DNA of 64,000 nucleotides. It comes from a virus. The notes under the pieces were generated by a model. That model did no database searches. It was not told where the DNA came from and saw nothing but the letters and a program-made list of their open reading frames with translations. The position numbers and the translations under genes are program-made. The stretch lies in the IMG/VR virus record IMGVR_UViG_3300010389_000003, positions 39,984-103,983 of that record; one strand, given 5' to 3'. Positions 1 through 10,192 of this stretch are shown here, one piece after another (the stretch's first letter is position 1; the number at the start of each line of letters is the position of its first letter).

Positions 1-1
1 T

Positions 2-661
2 CCTACGCCAACGCTGGTAGCAGCAGTCACATCCGATAGGATACCCGCAGATGGGCTATCTCAAGTCTATGTGTACGGAAGGTATACAGATACTGACCGG
101 TCTCCATTGGCGGGCGAAACGATCAATTGGCGCAAGGGTCGCCATATATACGACATGTTTGGCCTCGCCAGGAGTTCAGACCCTGCGACTCCTACAAGTA
201 CTTCTTTCGCTGGAGAGGTTACTACTGATAGTGACGGCAAGTTCGTGATAGGTCCATTCACCGCCGAAGAGCCCGCTTATCCCGGATATTGGTTCGTTGG
301 GGTAGAGGGCACCTATAACGGTGGCATGGATTACCAGGGGGATGTTGTTTTCTGGCAGGAGTATCCAGATGTGATCTATGGTGTGGAGATTTACTCTGGT
401 TTACCACAGTCATCGGTGCAGGATCTGGAGTGGTGGGATATACCAGATTACGCAACGCCATTGAGTTTCCCGGTAAGCTATGACGAGGCAACTCCGACCT
501 ATGGAAGCACTCCATCGAGTAACCTGATATGGGAGCCACCCAAGTGGTACGCCATTGATAAGTACACCCAGTATCAGCTCAATCTGCTTGGCTCAGATTA
601 CTATGAGTATGATTACACAACAGCCCAAGCCAATGAACACCCAGATTACAAGGAATTGTAA
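2..661 (+). CDS. 5'-truncated virion structural protein (beta-rich, possibly Ig-like segment)
   Basis: The frame is open from the window edge to TAA at 659-661 and abuts the next ATG; acidic/aromatic composition; structural-gene context. Confidence 0.6.
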   Translation, partial: PTPTLVAAVTSDRIPADGLSQVYVYGRYTDTDRSPLAGETINWRKGRHIYDMFGLARSSDPATPTSTSFAGEVTTDSDGKFVIGPFTAEEPAYPGYWFVGVEGTYNGGMDYQGDVVFWQEYPDVIYGVEIYSGLPQSSVQDLEWWDIPDYATPLSFPVSYDEATPTYGSTPSSNLIWEPPKWYAIDKYTQYQLNLLGSDYYEYDYTTAQANEHPDYKEL

Positions 662-3600
662 ATGGAGAATTTCGTAGACAGAACTACAGCAGGCAATGAG
701 CGAGCCTTCCGAAGGGGAAAGCGAGTTCCCGATGGGGACGTTAACCTTGCATGGGTCAAATCGCCTGAGCTTACGCCAGACAATAACATAGTCATTCTGG
801 ATACGTCCCGCACCACAGAAGAAAACAGGGTCGATGCCCCAAAAAAGACTCAGCTCATGTATGCCAATTCACTGGGCATACTGGAGGATGAGTTCGGTAA
901 TCAAGTGATAGATGACGAATATCCCTGCGTGGCTGATGTCTTTACCCAAGACGAAGACTTTCTGCTGGTTGAAGGTAGTGAGTACGAAGATGATGACACA
1001 CTCCCGTTTGTCCACATCAGCAGGTATCTCCATGCCGATTTTGTTGGGATTACTTTGGGCACAGAACTCCATACTTATTCATCGGAGTCCTTGCAAGTAG
1101 TTGATCAACAGGGTAGAAACTATGTTGACGACGCAGGTGAACCGAAATATAAGATCAAGATATCACCGGCCTACAACTCAGTCGTGGACACAGTCATAGA
1201 TCAGTCCACCGGTATCTATAGGGTTTGGGCATTCGTAGACAGCAACGCCAATGAAAGTTTGTACCTCAAGTACAACAAGGTAGAGCTTGACACTTCTGGT
1301 GAGATCCGTAATCAAAATGTCGATTACACAGAGATACTGAACCCACAACCGTACTTTACGTATGTTCCAGAAGAGAGCGACGTTGTGGATCCAGCGAATC
1401 ATCGCAAGAAGATCTATACAACTAAGCCGATCAACAAGAAGAACAAGGCTGTCGGCCAGTCCCAGAAAGATGTTGAGGGTTATAGGGTCTACGTGCCTAA
1501 GAAGGCAGTGCCTGATCCAAGGCTTTATCAACTCTTCAGGTGGAGAGTTACCTGCGATTTTGTGCAGGACTATAAAGTGCGAGCCGACAAGATTGATGAG
1601 GATACCCTAGAGCAGGTCAATGTCGGTGTCATTGTCACGAATCAGAATGATAGCAGCTATGCCGCTTATGCTCTGCACAATCTCGAGAACAGTAATTATA
1701 ACAAGTCGAACGTTAGATTTGTCAACCCCTTTGCCAGCACCACCGAGAAGCAGACTGCTGCGTACTGGGAAGTCAACTTAAGCACCATTAATACCGCAGA
1801 TCTATCAACATACGACATGCTGATACTGTCACCTGTCAATACAACATTTGATGTCTCACCGATACTTGGGAAGATAGATCATTTCGTGAACGTTGTCGGT
1901 GGCACTCTGCTCATAGATACGAACAATCAATCAATCCTCAATAACTTTGGTTTTACCTTCTCCAACACCTTCTATCCGGTTAATGGTGGTACCAAGACTA
2001 CTGGCTCATCTTCATACCCATTAAGGGGAACGACAATCTCCATCGAGGACTCGACACATGAGATCATAGATGGACTCACGAGCCTTGGTGGCTGGCCTAT
2101 TACTGATGGTTCCAGCGATAATTTTGAATCAGTTTCTTTGTATTCAAACGGAGTTTTGGGTGAATACATTCAGTCTATAGAATCCTACCCAAGCGACTAT
2201 GATGAAATTTTGACGGGAACAACCACTAATGGAGCTACCAAGCCTGTTCTGGTTGGGAAAACAGCCATAGCAGATTCTGGTAGCAGAAAGGGGAAGGTTT
2301 ATGTATGCACCTCAGGGTTGACATACTCCGTCAATGCCTTTGTGGATCCGGATACTGGCAAATTGAAGTACGCCAACTATGGCAGAGACAATGTTATCAA
2401 TACGGCTGATTACGATTCATATATTAACTCTGTTTATTCGGCCACTGCTGCGAAGATGCTATACAACATGGCTTTGTTCTCCACTAAAGGCAAATACATT
2501 AATGTAGATCTTACCGGAGATTACAGTTCGGTATGGACCGTGAATTCCAATTGGGCTTCAAGTTGGGTTATCGACGGATCAGTGCTGACTGACTACGAAA
2601 AAGGAACCAACGATTTTGTCTTCCTTCCAAAGAACCCTGTTGGGGATACCGATACGGTATGGCAGAGGCGCTTGGGCACGAAAAATCTAAAACAAATGAT
2701 TGATGAGCAGCTTGTCGATTCACAACTTACTCGACTTGATAATGCAACTCGTGTTTACAGGATAGAAACAACTAATGCAGCTGTTAACACGCCTGTAACC
2801 CTTTCAGATAATACGATACCTCATGCCTGGACCGAGTCTTACAGTCCAGTATTCAATGTTCCCATTGAACTCGGCGCCCATATTGTGAGATCCGAATTGA
2901 TCCAAGGCGATTTCGATGCGGGCACCTATGTGCACAAGTCTTACCCGAGCAGAAATTACGATCTTCAAACTCAGATAACTCACACTTATGAATCCGATGC
3001 TTTCGTAAATCAGACAACTACATGGACCGCTACTGGTACGGCCACAAAGACAACAACATACAAAGGTACGACAAAGGTATCAGAGCCTGTTACCACGACG
3101 AGTACCAGAACAATAACGCGAGATGAAGAGATAACCTGGGCTGATTCAGGCTATGGCACCTATAGTGCAATGCCATCTTCCATCCCGTGGGGAACGGCTC
3201 AAAGGCCCAACGGTATTACTACTTGGCAGGAGCAGAATTATTTCACAACAGCGTGGGGTTCCGGCCTCAATAGCTGGCCCTACTGGGGCATGACGTCTAG
3301 ATACAGCACGGGTGAAAATGCAAGGGGAGAGGTTGTTCAGTTTATCCAAGCTGCACTAAATCAGTTTATCTTCTGGGGGATTGTCAATGTACCGTTCCTG
3401 CCCGAGGATGGCTCGTTCGGCTCTAGAACTGCGGCGGCAGTGAGAGCATTACAAGTAGCTAGAAATGCCAAGTACGTGGACGGCATCGTGGGGGCCGAGA
3501 CATGGGGCATGATTGGTTTTCAGATTATTAGAATTGGTCAGTTGATTGGCGCGAACAAACTAAAAGGTCAAGCGGGCTATAAGAGATTCTTCGGTTGGCC

Positions 3601-5902
3601 GTTTGATCGTTCAGACATGTTCAATATTTCCAATGGAGACCCATCCAAATCCTTTGTAAAGAAATCGTGGGTCAGAAATGGACCGTCAACAATATGGGAT
3701 ATGTTTACAGTTGTATTCCCCCTTGCGTATGACATCCATGCGGTGACGGTGATACCTTATGTGGAAGGGGCATCAAATAGTTGCATGGTTAGATCCCTGC
3801 ACACATCTCCTAATATCATCGACCTTACAAATTGGGATTCTAGAAACAGTCGTTATACATACCTTCCTTTCAGGCCTAAAGACGGTCAGGAATTGACTAT
3901 ACCAATCAGCGCACAGAGTGGACGTCAGATCATAGTCGGTATGGGACAGGATCAGTCTTCTGGTTTCGGTGCCGCTAGGATCTTTGGAGTCAGAGATATA
4001 AGGGCTCATGTCAAGACAAAGAAGACCATCACAGACACAAAGACCATACCGGGTGGAACCACATTCACTCCAGGTAAGCGAGAGGTCGAGAATATCACCT
4101 TTATTCAGACCGGAACTGTGACCGTTAATGCTAACGGGTCCAAGACGGTAACAATCAATGCGCTTGATTCAAATGTCTTGCAGCCTAGTGGCTCCATACA
4201 GAGTGCGAACGTGGACCATATCCACTTCAATAATGTGCGATTCACGGGTATAACATCCTCGAACCCAAATGTGACCGCCGAGTTTGATATCACTGGCGCC
4301 AATGCCAAGATGGTCTTTTCTACGAACTACGAAAAGAATAGTTCATCCACAAACATCCAATATGGACAGCGACTACCTGCACCTAATGGTGGATTCACAT
4401 ACTATTCAAGAACAGCTTCAGGATTTGTGAATTCAGCTCCGGAGTCGGGATGGGTTTCGAAAGAGGACGGAGTCAAGCTTCTTTGCGATTCGGCGGGTAA
4501 GCCCCTTGGATTTCCGGCATTACCCACAGGAATCAATACCGCTCAAGGTGAAACAAGCGCCTTCATAACAATGATCAGCAGGGGCACCGATCCCAGCGTT
4601 GTATATGGCTTCTATGACGCTTCGTCTAAGGAATTCATAACGTCGGGAAGTGGCGGCCAACAGGTCTTGTCCTACGAAGATTATGCTAACCGTGGATTCG
4701 GCAATGTTTTCATTGCGGTAGTTACTTCATATGAGGTCGAAGAGAATAAGGATCTGCCGGACTCATCCGACGCACCATTGATCCCCAGGTTGTGGGCAAT
4801 GCCAGTCTACGGCATATGCTATCGATCCAATTCCAGAATCGGTATAGACCCACTACCTGTTGGTCTTGGGCCCATGGACTTGTGGTCCATACCAATCAGG
4901 GTTGGATCTTTTGACAAGAACATATTCATACAGGATAGATTCTCCGTCAGCTCAACACACTGGTCGCAATCCTATGAAGGCACTACACTTAGAGCTTTTT
5001 ATGGAGTACCCGAGGCGGCTAATGGAGCATGGTCATCACTCTATGGTCGTCCGAATGTGGATATCCAAGACGAAATACCGGATGTCTTGTCGGACAGGGT
5101 GATTCAAGTTCGTCAGGCACCCATCCTCATGGTCAGGGAACCAACTGAACAAAATACCTGGGCCGATCCACTGAGACCCATCTTTACGGTTTCCACCAGA
5201 GCTACAGTGAACAGCCCCTGGGTTACTTTGGGTAGAGAAGAAATCCTCGACTACAATGTATCAAATGGTACCATATACCTTAAGGATTCATTAGCATCTG
5301 AAGACGCAAATCTTGTGAAGGTCAGCTACACATCTTCTAGGATGGTCTATGATTTCAAGCAGTATGCTGGGAACAAGATAAACCTCAATCCCTATATATT
5401 GCGAGATGAATCGCTGATTGGTAAGCCGATCTATATCTACGTTGTGCCAGAGTACGTACACACAGAATCTGGCAGCCTTATCGCTGAGTCGGTCGAAACT
5501 GCTACCATACGTTGGACGACGGATCCGGGTGTTTTCTCGGTATTGGACTCTGCCATGTACAATCCTTTAGCTATAAGACTAGGGGTTGTGTACATAAGCA
5601 GTGCAGCGGACATAGAGAATCTTACAATGCTGGACACTCGCCATCGCGGCGGAGGTGCTTCAGAGAATGTTTCTGATGGAGAACTTATCGGTAAGCATGT
5701 CATACCTAGAAATTACTGGGATGTGAACTATGCCGCTGGCGAAGCATATCAATCTGGTGGGTTTGTTCTCATCAGGCTCCCGGCCGAGTTGAAATCACGA
5801 TTCAATGACGATGACAGGTTTATAATGGAAGTCATTGATCGTAACATACCAGCTGGTGTAGGATATAAGATAGAGGATCTCAACGGAAACTCTTGGAGAT
5901 AG
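662..5902 (+). CDS. large virion protein (baseplate/tail-associated) with internal peptidoglycan-binding (PG_binding_1-like) domain
   Basis: 1746-aa ORF; V..IQAAL...DGSFGSRTAAAVRALQ...VDGIVGAETW is a typical PG-binding motif; Thr-rich linkers. Confidence 0.7.
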   Translation: MENFVDRTTAGNERAFRRGKRVPDGDVNLAWVKSPELTPDNNIVILDTSRTTEENRVDAPKKTQLMYANSLGILEDEFGNQVIDDEYPCVADVFTQDEDFLLVEGSEYEDDDTLPFVHISRYLHADFVGITLGTELHTYSSESLQVVDQQGRNYVDDAGEPKYKIKISPAYNSVVDTVIDQSTGIYRVWAFVDSNANESLYLKYNKVELDTSGEIRNQNVDYTEILNPQPYFTYVPEESDVVDPANHRKKIYTTKPINKKNKAVGQSQKDVEGYRVYVPKKAVPDPRLYQLFRWRVTCDFVQDYKVRADKIDEDTLEQVNVGVIVTNQNDSSYAAYALHNLENSNYNKSNVRFVNPFASTTEKQTAAYWEVNLSTINTADLSTYDMLILSPVNTTFDVSPILGKIDHFVNVVGGTLLIDTNNQSILNNFGFTFSNTFYPVNGGTKTTGSSSYPLRGTTISIEDSTHEIIDGLTSLGGWPITDGSSDNFESVSLYSNGVLGEYIQSIESYPSDYDEILTGTTTNGATKPVLVGKTAIADSGSRKGKVYVCTSGLTYSVNAFVDPDTGKLKYANYGRDNVINTADYDSYINSVYSATAAKMLYNMALFSTKGKYINVDLTGDYSSVWTVNSNWASSWVIDGSVLTDYEKGTNDFVFLPKNPVGDTDTVWQRRLGTKNLKQMIDEQLVDSQLTRLDNATRVYRIETTNAAVNTPVTLSDNTIPHAWTESYSPVFNVPIELGAHIVRSELIQGDFDAGTYVHKSYPSRNYDLQTQITHTYESDAFVNQTTTWTATGTATKTTTYKGTTKVSEPVTTTSTRTITRDEEITWADSGYGTYSAMPSSIPWGTAQRPNGITTWQEQNYFTTAWGSGLNSWPYWGMTSRYSTGENARGEVVQFIQAALNQFIFWGIVNVPFLPEDGSFGSRTAAAVRALQVARNAKYVDGIVGAETWGMIGFQIIRIGQLIGANKLKGQAGYKRFFGWPFDRSDMFNISNGDPSKSFVKKSWVRNGPSTIWDMFTVVFPLAYDIHAVTVIPYVEGASNSCMVRSLHTSPNIIDLTNWDSRNSRYTYLPFRPKDGQELTIPISAQSGRQIIVGMGQDQSSGFGAARIFGVRDIRAHVKTKKTITDTKTIPGGTTFTPGKREVENITFIQTGTVTVNANGSKTVTINALDSNVLQPSGSIQSANVDHIHFNNVRFTGITSSNPNVTAEFDITGANAKMVFSTNYEKNSSSTNIQYGQRLPAPNGGFTYYSRTASGFVNSAPESGWVSKEDGVKLLCDSAGKPLGFPALPTGINTAQGETSAFITMISRGTDPSVVYGFYDASSKEFITSGSGGQQVLSYEDYANRGFGNVFIAVVTSYEVEENKDLPDSSDAPLIPRLWAMPVYGICYRSNSRIGIDPLPVGLGPMDLWSIPIRVGSFDKNIFIQDRFSVSSTHWSQSYEGTTLRAFYGVPEAANGAWSSLYGRPNVDIQDEIPDVLSDRVIQVRQAPILMVREPTEQNTWADPLRPIFTVSTRATVNSPWVTLGREEILDYNVSNGTIYLKDSLASEDANLVKVSYTSSRMVYDFKQYAGNKINLNPYILRDESLIGKPIYIYVVPEYVHTESGSLIAESVETATIRWTTDPGVFSVLDSAMYNPLAIRLGVVYISSAADIENLTMLDTRHRGGGASENVSDGELIGKHVIPRNYWDVNYAAGEAYQSGGFVLIRLPAELKSRFNDDDRFIMEVIDRNIPAGVGYKIEDLNGNSWR

Positions 5903-5903
5903 T

Positions 5904-8411
5904 ATGAGAGACTTTTTGAACGATTTTATAGACACACTGCCCGACCGAACCAGGGTTAAAGCGTCCGTGATGATGAGGCGTGCTGCACTGGAACGTAAAG
6001 AGGTGGGTGCCCTAATAAAAAAGGTGACGACAGACCTATCCTTGGGTGATGTTAGATTTCCGGAAGTCTCACTGTTGGGCAGGATTGACGCATCCGAACT
6101 GCTCTTAAGCTATAGGGAACTACTGCTTAGGACAGATATGTTTTACAGGCTTTCCAGAGACATAACTGACATTCTTGATTCAGAAACAATCACGATGATG
6201 TCAGAGATCAAAGAGCTGGAACAAGAGCTGGAATCAATAGAGAAGTCCATTGCGAACTATTCTTTCTTGCTATCCGATGGCAATTCATACGACTATGCCT
6301 ACATGGAACCGTTTTCAGATGAGATAAACAGGGCAGTCGATCTTGACTTTCTGATACCCGATCGCGCCGGTCTTACCTTCTCGCCCGACCAGCAAGCTGC
6401 AGTGAACCGTTCACAAGGCAGATTAGTGCTTGCTTCGCACACCCAAAACACCACGCCATTTATAGCAGAAGTAGGTGAAAACAATTACGCTGGCTTCGTT
6501 ACATCAGATACGGGAGTGTCCAATATTGCTCAGAGTGAGGTTGGCACAGGGTGGAAGGTGTCCATCTCTTCTCCGGCACCCTTGACTGGTACCATACCCA
6601 GTTTTGTCGGCCTACACGGGGTCTCAACTTACTCCGGTGCTCAAGCGGTAGTCAACCTGCAAATGGCTGCACCCGCCCCTTGTGACTTTATCACAGTGGC
6701 CCCACTTTCCGATTCATCTGTGGATATCGCGCAAATTACCACATACTCTGATGATCAGGGTTCCGATCCGATTGACCTGCTTCAGGCAGCACTGTCGATT
6801 GAAAAACCTGTGGGGATTTTCTTTGAACCGAGATCAATTTCTGCGGTGAAGATACTCATCAGGCAGAGAACATACCGCAGAGATAATAGAGAACCGCAAG
6901 ATTCAGAAACGATTTATAAACGAGTATTCAAGAATCACAGATCCAGAGTTTCTTTCGGTGGTCGCAGGCAGAAGAATAAGATTCGCAGTATTAGTGGACT
7001 ATCTCAAATTTTTGTCAAGAACTACACAAGAAGAGCAAGGGGGCTGGAACCATTGTCGGTCCGAGTGTCCAACAAGAGGCTGGGCCTACACCGCTGGGGT
7101 CCTCTTGATGCTAGGATGAACATATCAAGGAATTCAGAAAACATAACGGCTAGGCCAGATTGGTTTGCCGGCAATGAATCTGAAGTGATAGTGAAGGCCG
7201 CGTATGATACAAAGCAGATGGGGGATCAGCTGAAAAAGGGAATCTTCACCAAGCGCAATGATGATACCCGCAGAGTCAACCCAGCCTACGAATACCTCTC
7301 TGAGGGAACCTTCGGAGATCGCATGAGTTCCAGGAGCACCTACGGGGACGGGCGCCCGAACCTGGAGACTGGTCGAATTCGGTCTATATCTTCAGTTGAA
7401 AATAAGATTGCAACTTCATATAAGTATAATCTTGGCCTAAATTATATAACCCTTGGAATTCAATCTCAAATCGAAAAGGGCGTCTTTGTATCTAAGAGCA
7501 TCCCGTCAAGTGGCGACGTGATCCAAGTAAAGATAAAGGAATCACACACTGACGCAATCATCAATAATGATGCAACCCTGGATACGAAGTTGGCATCTTC
7601 TGTAGAATATTCGGTGAGCAACGTTGCGAGACCAGCTTCAGAGAGTGATTGGGTACCCATTCAGCCGGTTAACTCTTCTGTTGTTCGTGGAGAACTACTT
7701 ATGCTGGACGATAAGGGTAAGGCATTCCTCCGTTTCCCAGCGAAGAAAAATGAAGGTATAACCGTTTATAAGAACAACTTCATCTTCCCTTTTGATGGTT
7801 CCGATATAGTTCATTCACAGGGCGATACAACCATAGTCGGGGTCATATTCGATACAGCAATGTTTACACCGACAGACATGTTCACGGTAGACTATGTGCC
7901 ATCTGGAGATCCCAGTCTGGTTGATTTCTCTAAGCGTGGCTATGTTGAAACCCCGCTCGTCTCATCGTTCGATGAAGATGGTGCAGGCGAAGGGTTTGAC
8001 AGTACTGATGGTCAGCTCAGCATCCAGCTTAGCAATCACCCGTTTATAGACTATGCACAGGTTACCACTTCTACATACAATTCCACTACTGGTATGACAC
8101 CATATCAGCCTTTGACGCCGGTTTTCGATGATGGAACGGTGGCGATCAACCTAACGAATTACAAGAGTGGTGCCGAAGCATCGCTCAATGCTGCATCCGC
8201 ATCCTATCAATTTATTCATAGGGGAAAGACCTTACTATTTAACAAGGAAATAGCCAGCCCTTTCAGGGTGTACTATAATCACCTTCCAAACAATATCAGG
8301 GTCAGAACCGTTCTCAGATCCAATATCCAAGGTGGACTGGTCTCTCCTTCTGTGGACTATGTTCAGCTAAAGGCTAAGACAAGAGCGGCAAACGCCAAGG
8401 AAATATCGTGA
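5904..8411 (+). CDS. virion structural protein (coiled-coil N-terminus, beta-rich remainder)
   Basis: 835-aa ORF tightly coupled to neighbours; shares N-terminal motif with downstream paralogues. Confidence 0.6.
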   Translation: MRDFLNDFIDTLPDRTRVKASVMMRRAALERKEVGALIKKVTTDLSLGDVRFPEVSLLGRIDASELLLSYRELLLRTDMFYRLSRDITDILDSETITMMSEIKELEQELESIEKSIANYSFLLSDGNSYDYAYMEPFSDEINRAVDLDFLIPDRAGLTFSPDQQAAVNRSQGRLVLASHTQNTTPFIAEVGENNYAGFVTSDTGVSNIAQSEVGTGWKVSISSPAPLTGTIPSFVGLHGVSTYSGAQAVVNLQMAAPAPCDFITVAPLSDSSVDIAQITTYSDDQGSDPIDLLQAALSIEKPVGIFFEPRSISAVKILIRQRTYRRDNREPQDSETIYKRVFKNHRSRVSFGGRRQKNKIRSISGLSQIFVKNYTRRARGLEPLSVRVSNKRLGLHRWGPLDARMNISRNSENITARPDWFAGNESEVIVKAAYDTKQMGDQLKKGIFTKRNDDTRRVNPAYEYLSEGTFGDRMSSRSTYGDGRPNLETGRIRSISSVENKIATSYKYNLGLNYITLGIQSQIEKGVFVSKSIPSSGDVIQVKIKESHTDAIINNDATLDTKLASSVEYSVSNVARPASESDWVPIQPVNSSVVRGELLMLDDKGKAFLRFPAKKNEGITVYKNNFIFPFDGSDIVHSQGDTTIVGVIFDTAMFTPTDMFTVDYVPSGDPSLVDFSKRGYVETPLVSSFDEDGAGEGFDSTDGQLSIQLSNHPFIDYAQVTTSTYNSTTGMTPYQPLTPVFDDGTVAINLTNYKSGAEASLNAASASYQFIHRGKTLLFNKEIASPFRVYYNHLPNNIRVRTVLRSNIQGGLVSPSVDYVQLKAKTRAANAKEIS

Positions 8412-10192
8412 CACAGCTCTCTCCGAACACTTCAATATACTCAAAGGCCCTATCAAGATTAAGAGATGTGAATAGGAACTATTCATTGGGCAATCTGAAG
8501 ACACCCGAAGATTACATCGCAGCCATCAATGATATAGCACATCAGCTTCTTTCAGAGGGTGAGAAGCCGCACCTGTTCTACGACTTCATTGAACATGGTG
8601 AGCCTCCGCTATCCAGGGAATATAATAGGTTCTGGGAGTCGATGAGTTCCGATGTCACAATTGCTTATGATCAGATTAATTACCTGAAGGCGCATGTCAT
8701 TAATGGGTATAATCTTTCAACCGCAGAAATAAAGAAGGCGCGCAACGAGAACGCAAGAGTAAAGGGGAAGCTGAAGACACTCCAACTGTATTCAACTTCT
8801 GTTGACAATGGGATACGCATCTTTGGTGACTTCTTTACTAATTTCGATTTCATTGACTTGGAAAAAACCCCAAATAGCGAAAGGGCGGAACTTGCGAATT
8901 ATGGCTTGATCACCTTGGGTAAAACGAACGAAGTAGAAAACCTGTTAAATAACGCTGTTGTGACCGTTGACGATGAGTCAAATGGGTTCCTTGGCAGAAA
9001 CCAAGAGATCTCCAATCCAGAGTCAGCTCCAATAGATCCGGTTACGAATACGGCGTACTATACGTTCACCGCAGAGAATGCTTCATACAACGATATGAAT
9101 GCGATACTTGACGATAATCCAGATACGTGGCTTGAGTATGAACACAATTGGGTTGACAATGCAACTCGAGAATCTGTTGGCAATATCGATTTCAGATACA
9201 GAGATGACAGGGACAACGCCGAAGAGCCCTACCTCGACTGGGCTTCTGGTCCGGAGGACGGGGTGCTGAAACTGGTCTTAAACTTCGATCTTCAATCAGT
9301 CAAAAAGGCAAGCAGAATCGTATTCATTCCACACAAGGTTTCACCGTACGGTTTACATCCCATCAGGATCAAGAATGTTACAGTTTCACCTAATGGAGCA
9401 GATTGGACAAGGGTGTCCAACAAGACCGTATGGGTGGGGACCGATATCAACATATCTGGTATTTCGGCAAACGAAGAGATAGTGATCGGAAGTGCAGTGT
9501 GGGAGTTCGATGAGCAAACAATAAGATATGCTAAGATGGAGATCGAACAGATTTGGCCCATACAGTCAAACATTGGGCATATGTATTTCCAGGATCAATC
9601 AGCAGTCACCCTAGAGCGTGATGAAAACGGAGAGTCCATATATCTCTACACCGCTTCAGACAGGATCGAAGGCCCAGTCCCACCGGTATCTGACATAGGC
9701 AAATACTATGATCCAACCTATGCGTCCAGCAAAAATCTCATTCAGTTCCGAGAATACTTTGAGGGGCAAAGGTGGGTGATAGGGATCAAAGATATCTCCA
9801 TCGAAAGTGTACGTTATAACGAGACCAGTACTATCATCAGCAAGCCATTCAGAATTGACGGTGAGGTTGATCGGATAACCATAGACGCAGACTATGATAT
9901 CCCCCCATCCTTTGCCAGCGATCAGAAGTGGGTCAAGTTTTATGTTTCCACAAACAATGGCCTTGACTGGTATCAAATATCTGACATTCGCGATTCTTCG
10001 TTGGATATCCCCGAGATAATTGCGTTCAATGATCCGCTTCCAGCTGAATTCAGGGAGCAGGGTGTCGCCTACTATAACACCGGCGATCGGGTGGATTCTC
10101 TGCTTGTGCGTATCGACCTATCGAGACCCAGTGACGCTAGTCATTCCACCCCAGTAGTCAGAAACTATCAACTGAAGGTACTCAAACGATGA
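8408..10192 (+). CDS. virion structural protein
   Basis: 594 aa; GTGA overlap; C-terminal ..TPVVRNYQLK end resembles the neighbours' ends (TPILDKYSI, SPSVDYVQLK, TPALSGMTI). Confidence 0.6.
   Translation: MTQLSPNTSIYSKALSRLRDVNRNYSLGNLKTPEDYIAAINDIAHQLLSEGEKPHLFYDFIEHGEPPLSREYNRFWESMSSDVTIAYDQINYLKAHVINGYNLSTAEIKKARNENARVKGKLKTLQLYSTSVDNGIRIFGDFFTNFDFIDLEKTPNSERAELANYGLITLGKTNEVENLLNNAVVTVDDESNGFLGRNQEISNPESAPIDPVTNTAYYTFTAENASYNDMNAILDDNPDTWLEYEHNWVDNATRESVGNIDFRYRDDRDNAEEPYLDWASGPEDGVLKLVLNFDLQSVKKASRIVFIPHKVSPYGLHPIRIKNVTVSPNGADWTRVSNKTVWVGTDINISGISANEEIVIGSAVWEFDEQTIRYAKMEIEQIWPIQSNIGHMYFQDQSAVTLERDENGESIYLYTASDRIEGPVPPVSDIGKYYDPTYASSKNLIQFREYFEGQRWVIGIKDISIESVRYNETSTIISKPFRIDGEVDRITIDADYDIPPSFASDQKWVKFYVSTNNGLDWYQISDIRDSSLDIPEIIAFNDPLPAEFREQGVAYYNTGDRVDSLLVRIDLSRPSDASHSTPVVRNYQLKVLKR

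Noticed and set aside
218-225. GTTACTAC copies at 218 and about 15948 as late promoters
   Set aside because: They are mid-gene, far from starts, and differ at the last base; treated as background.
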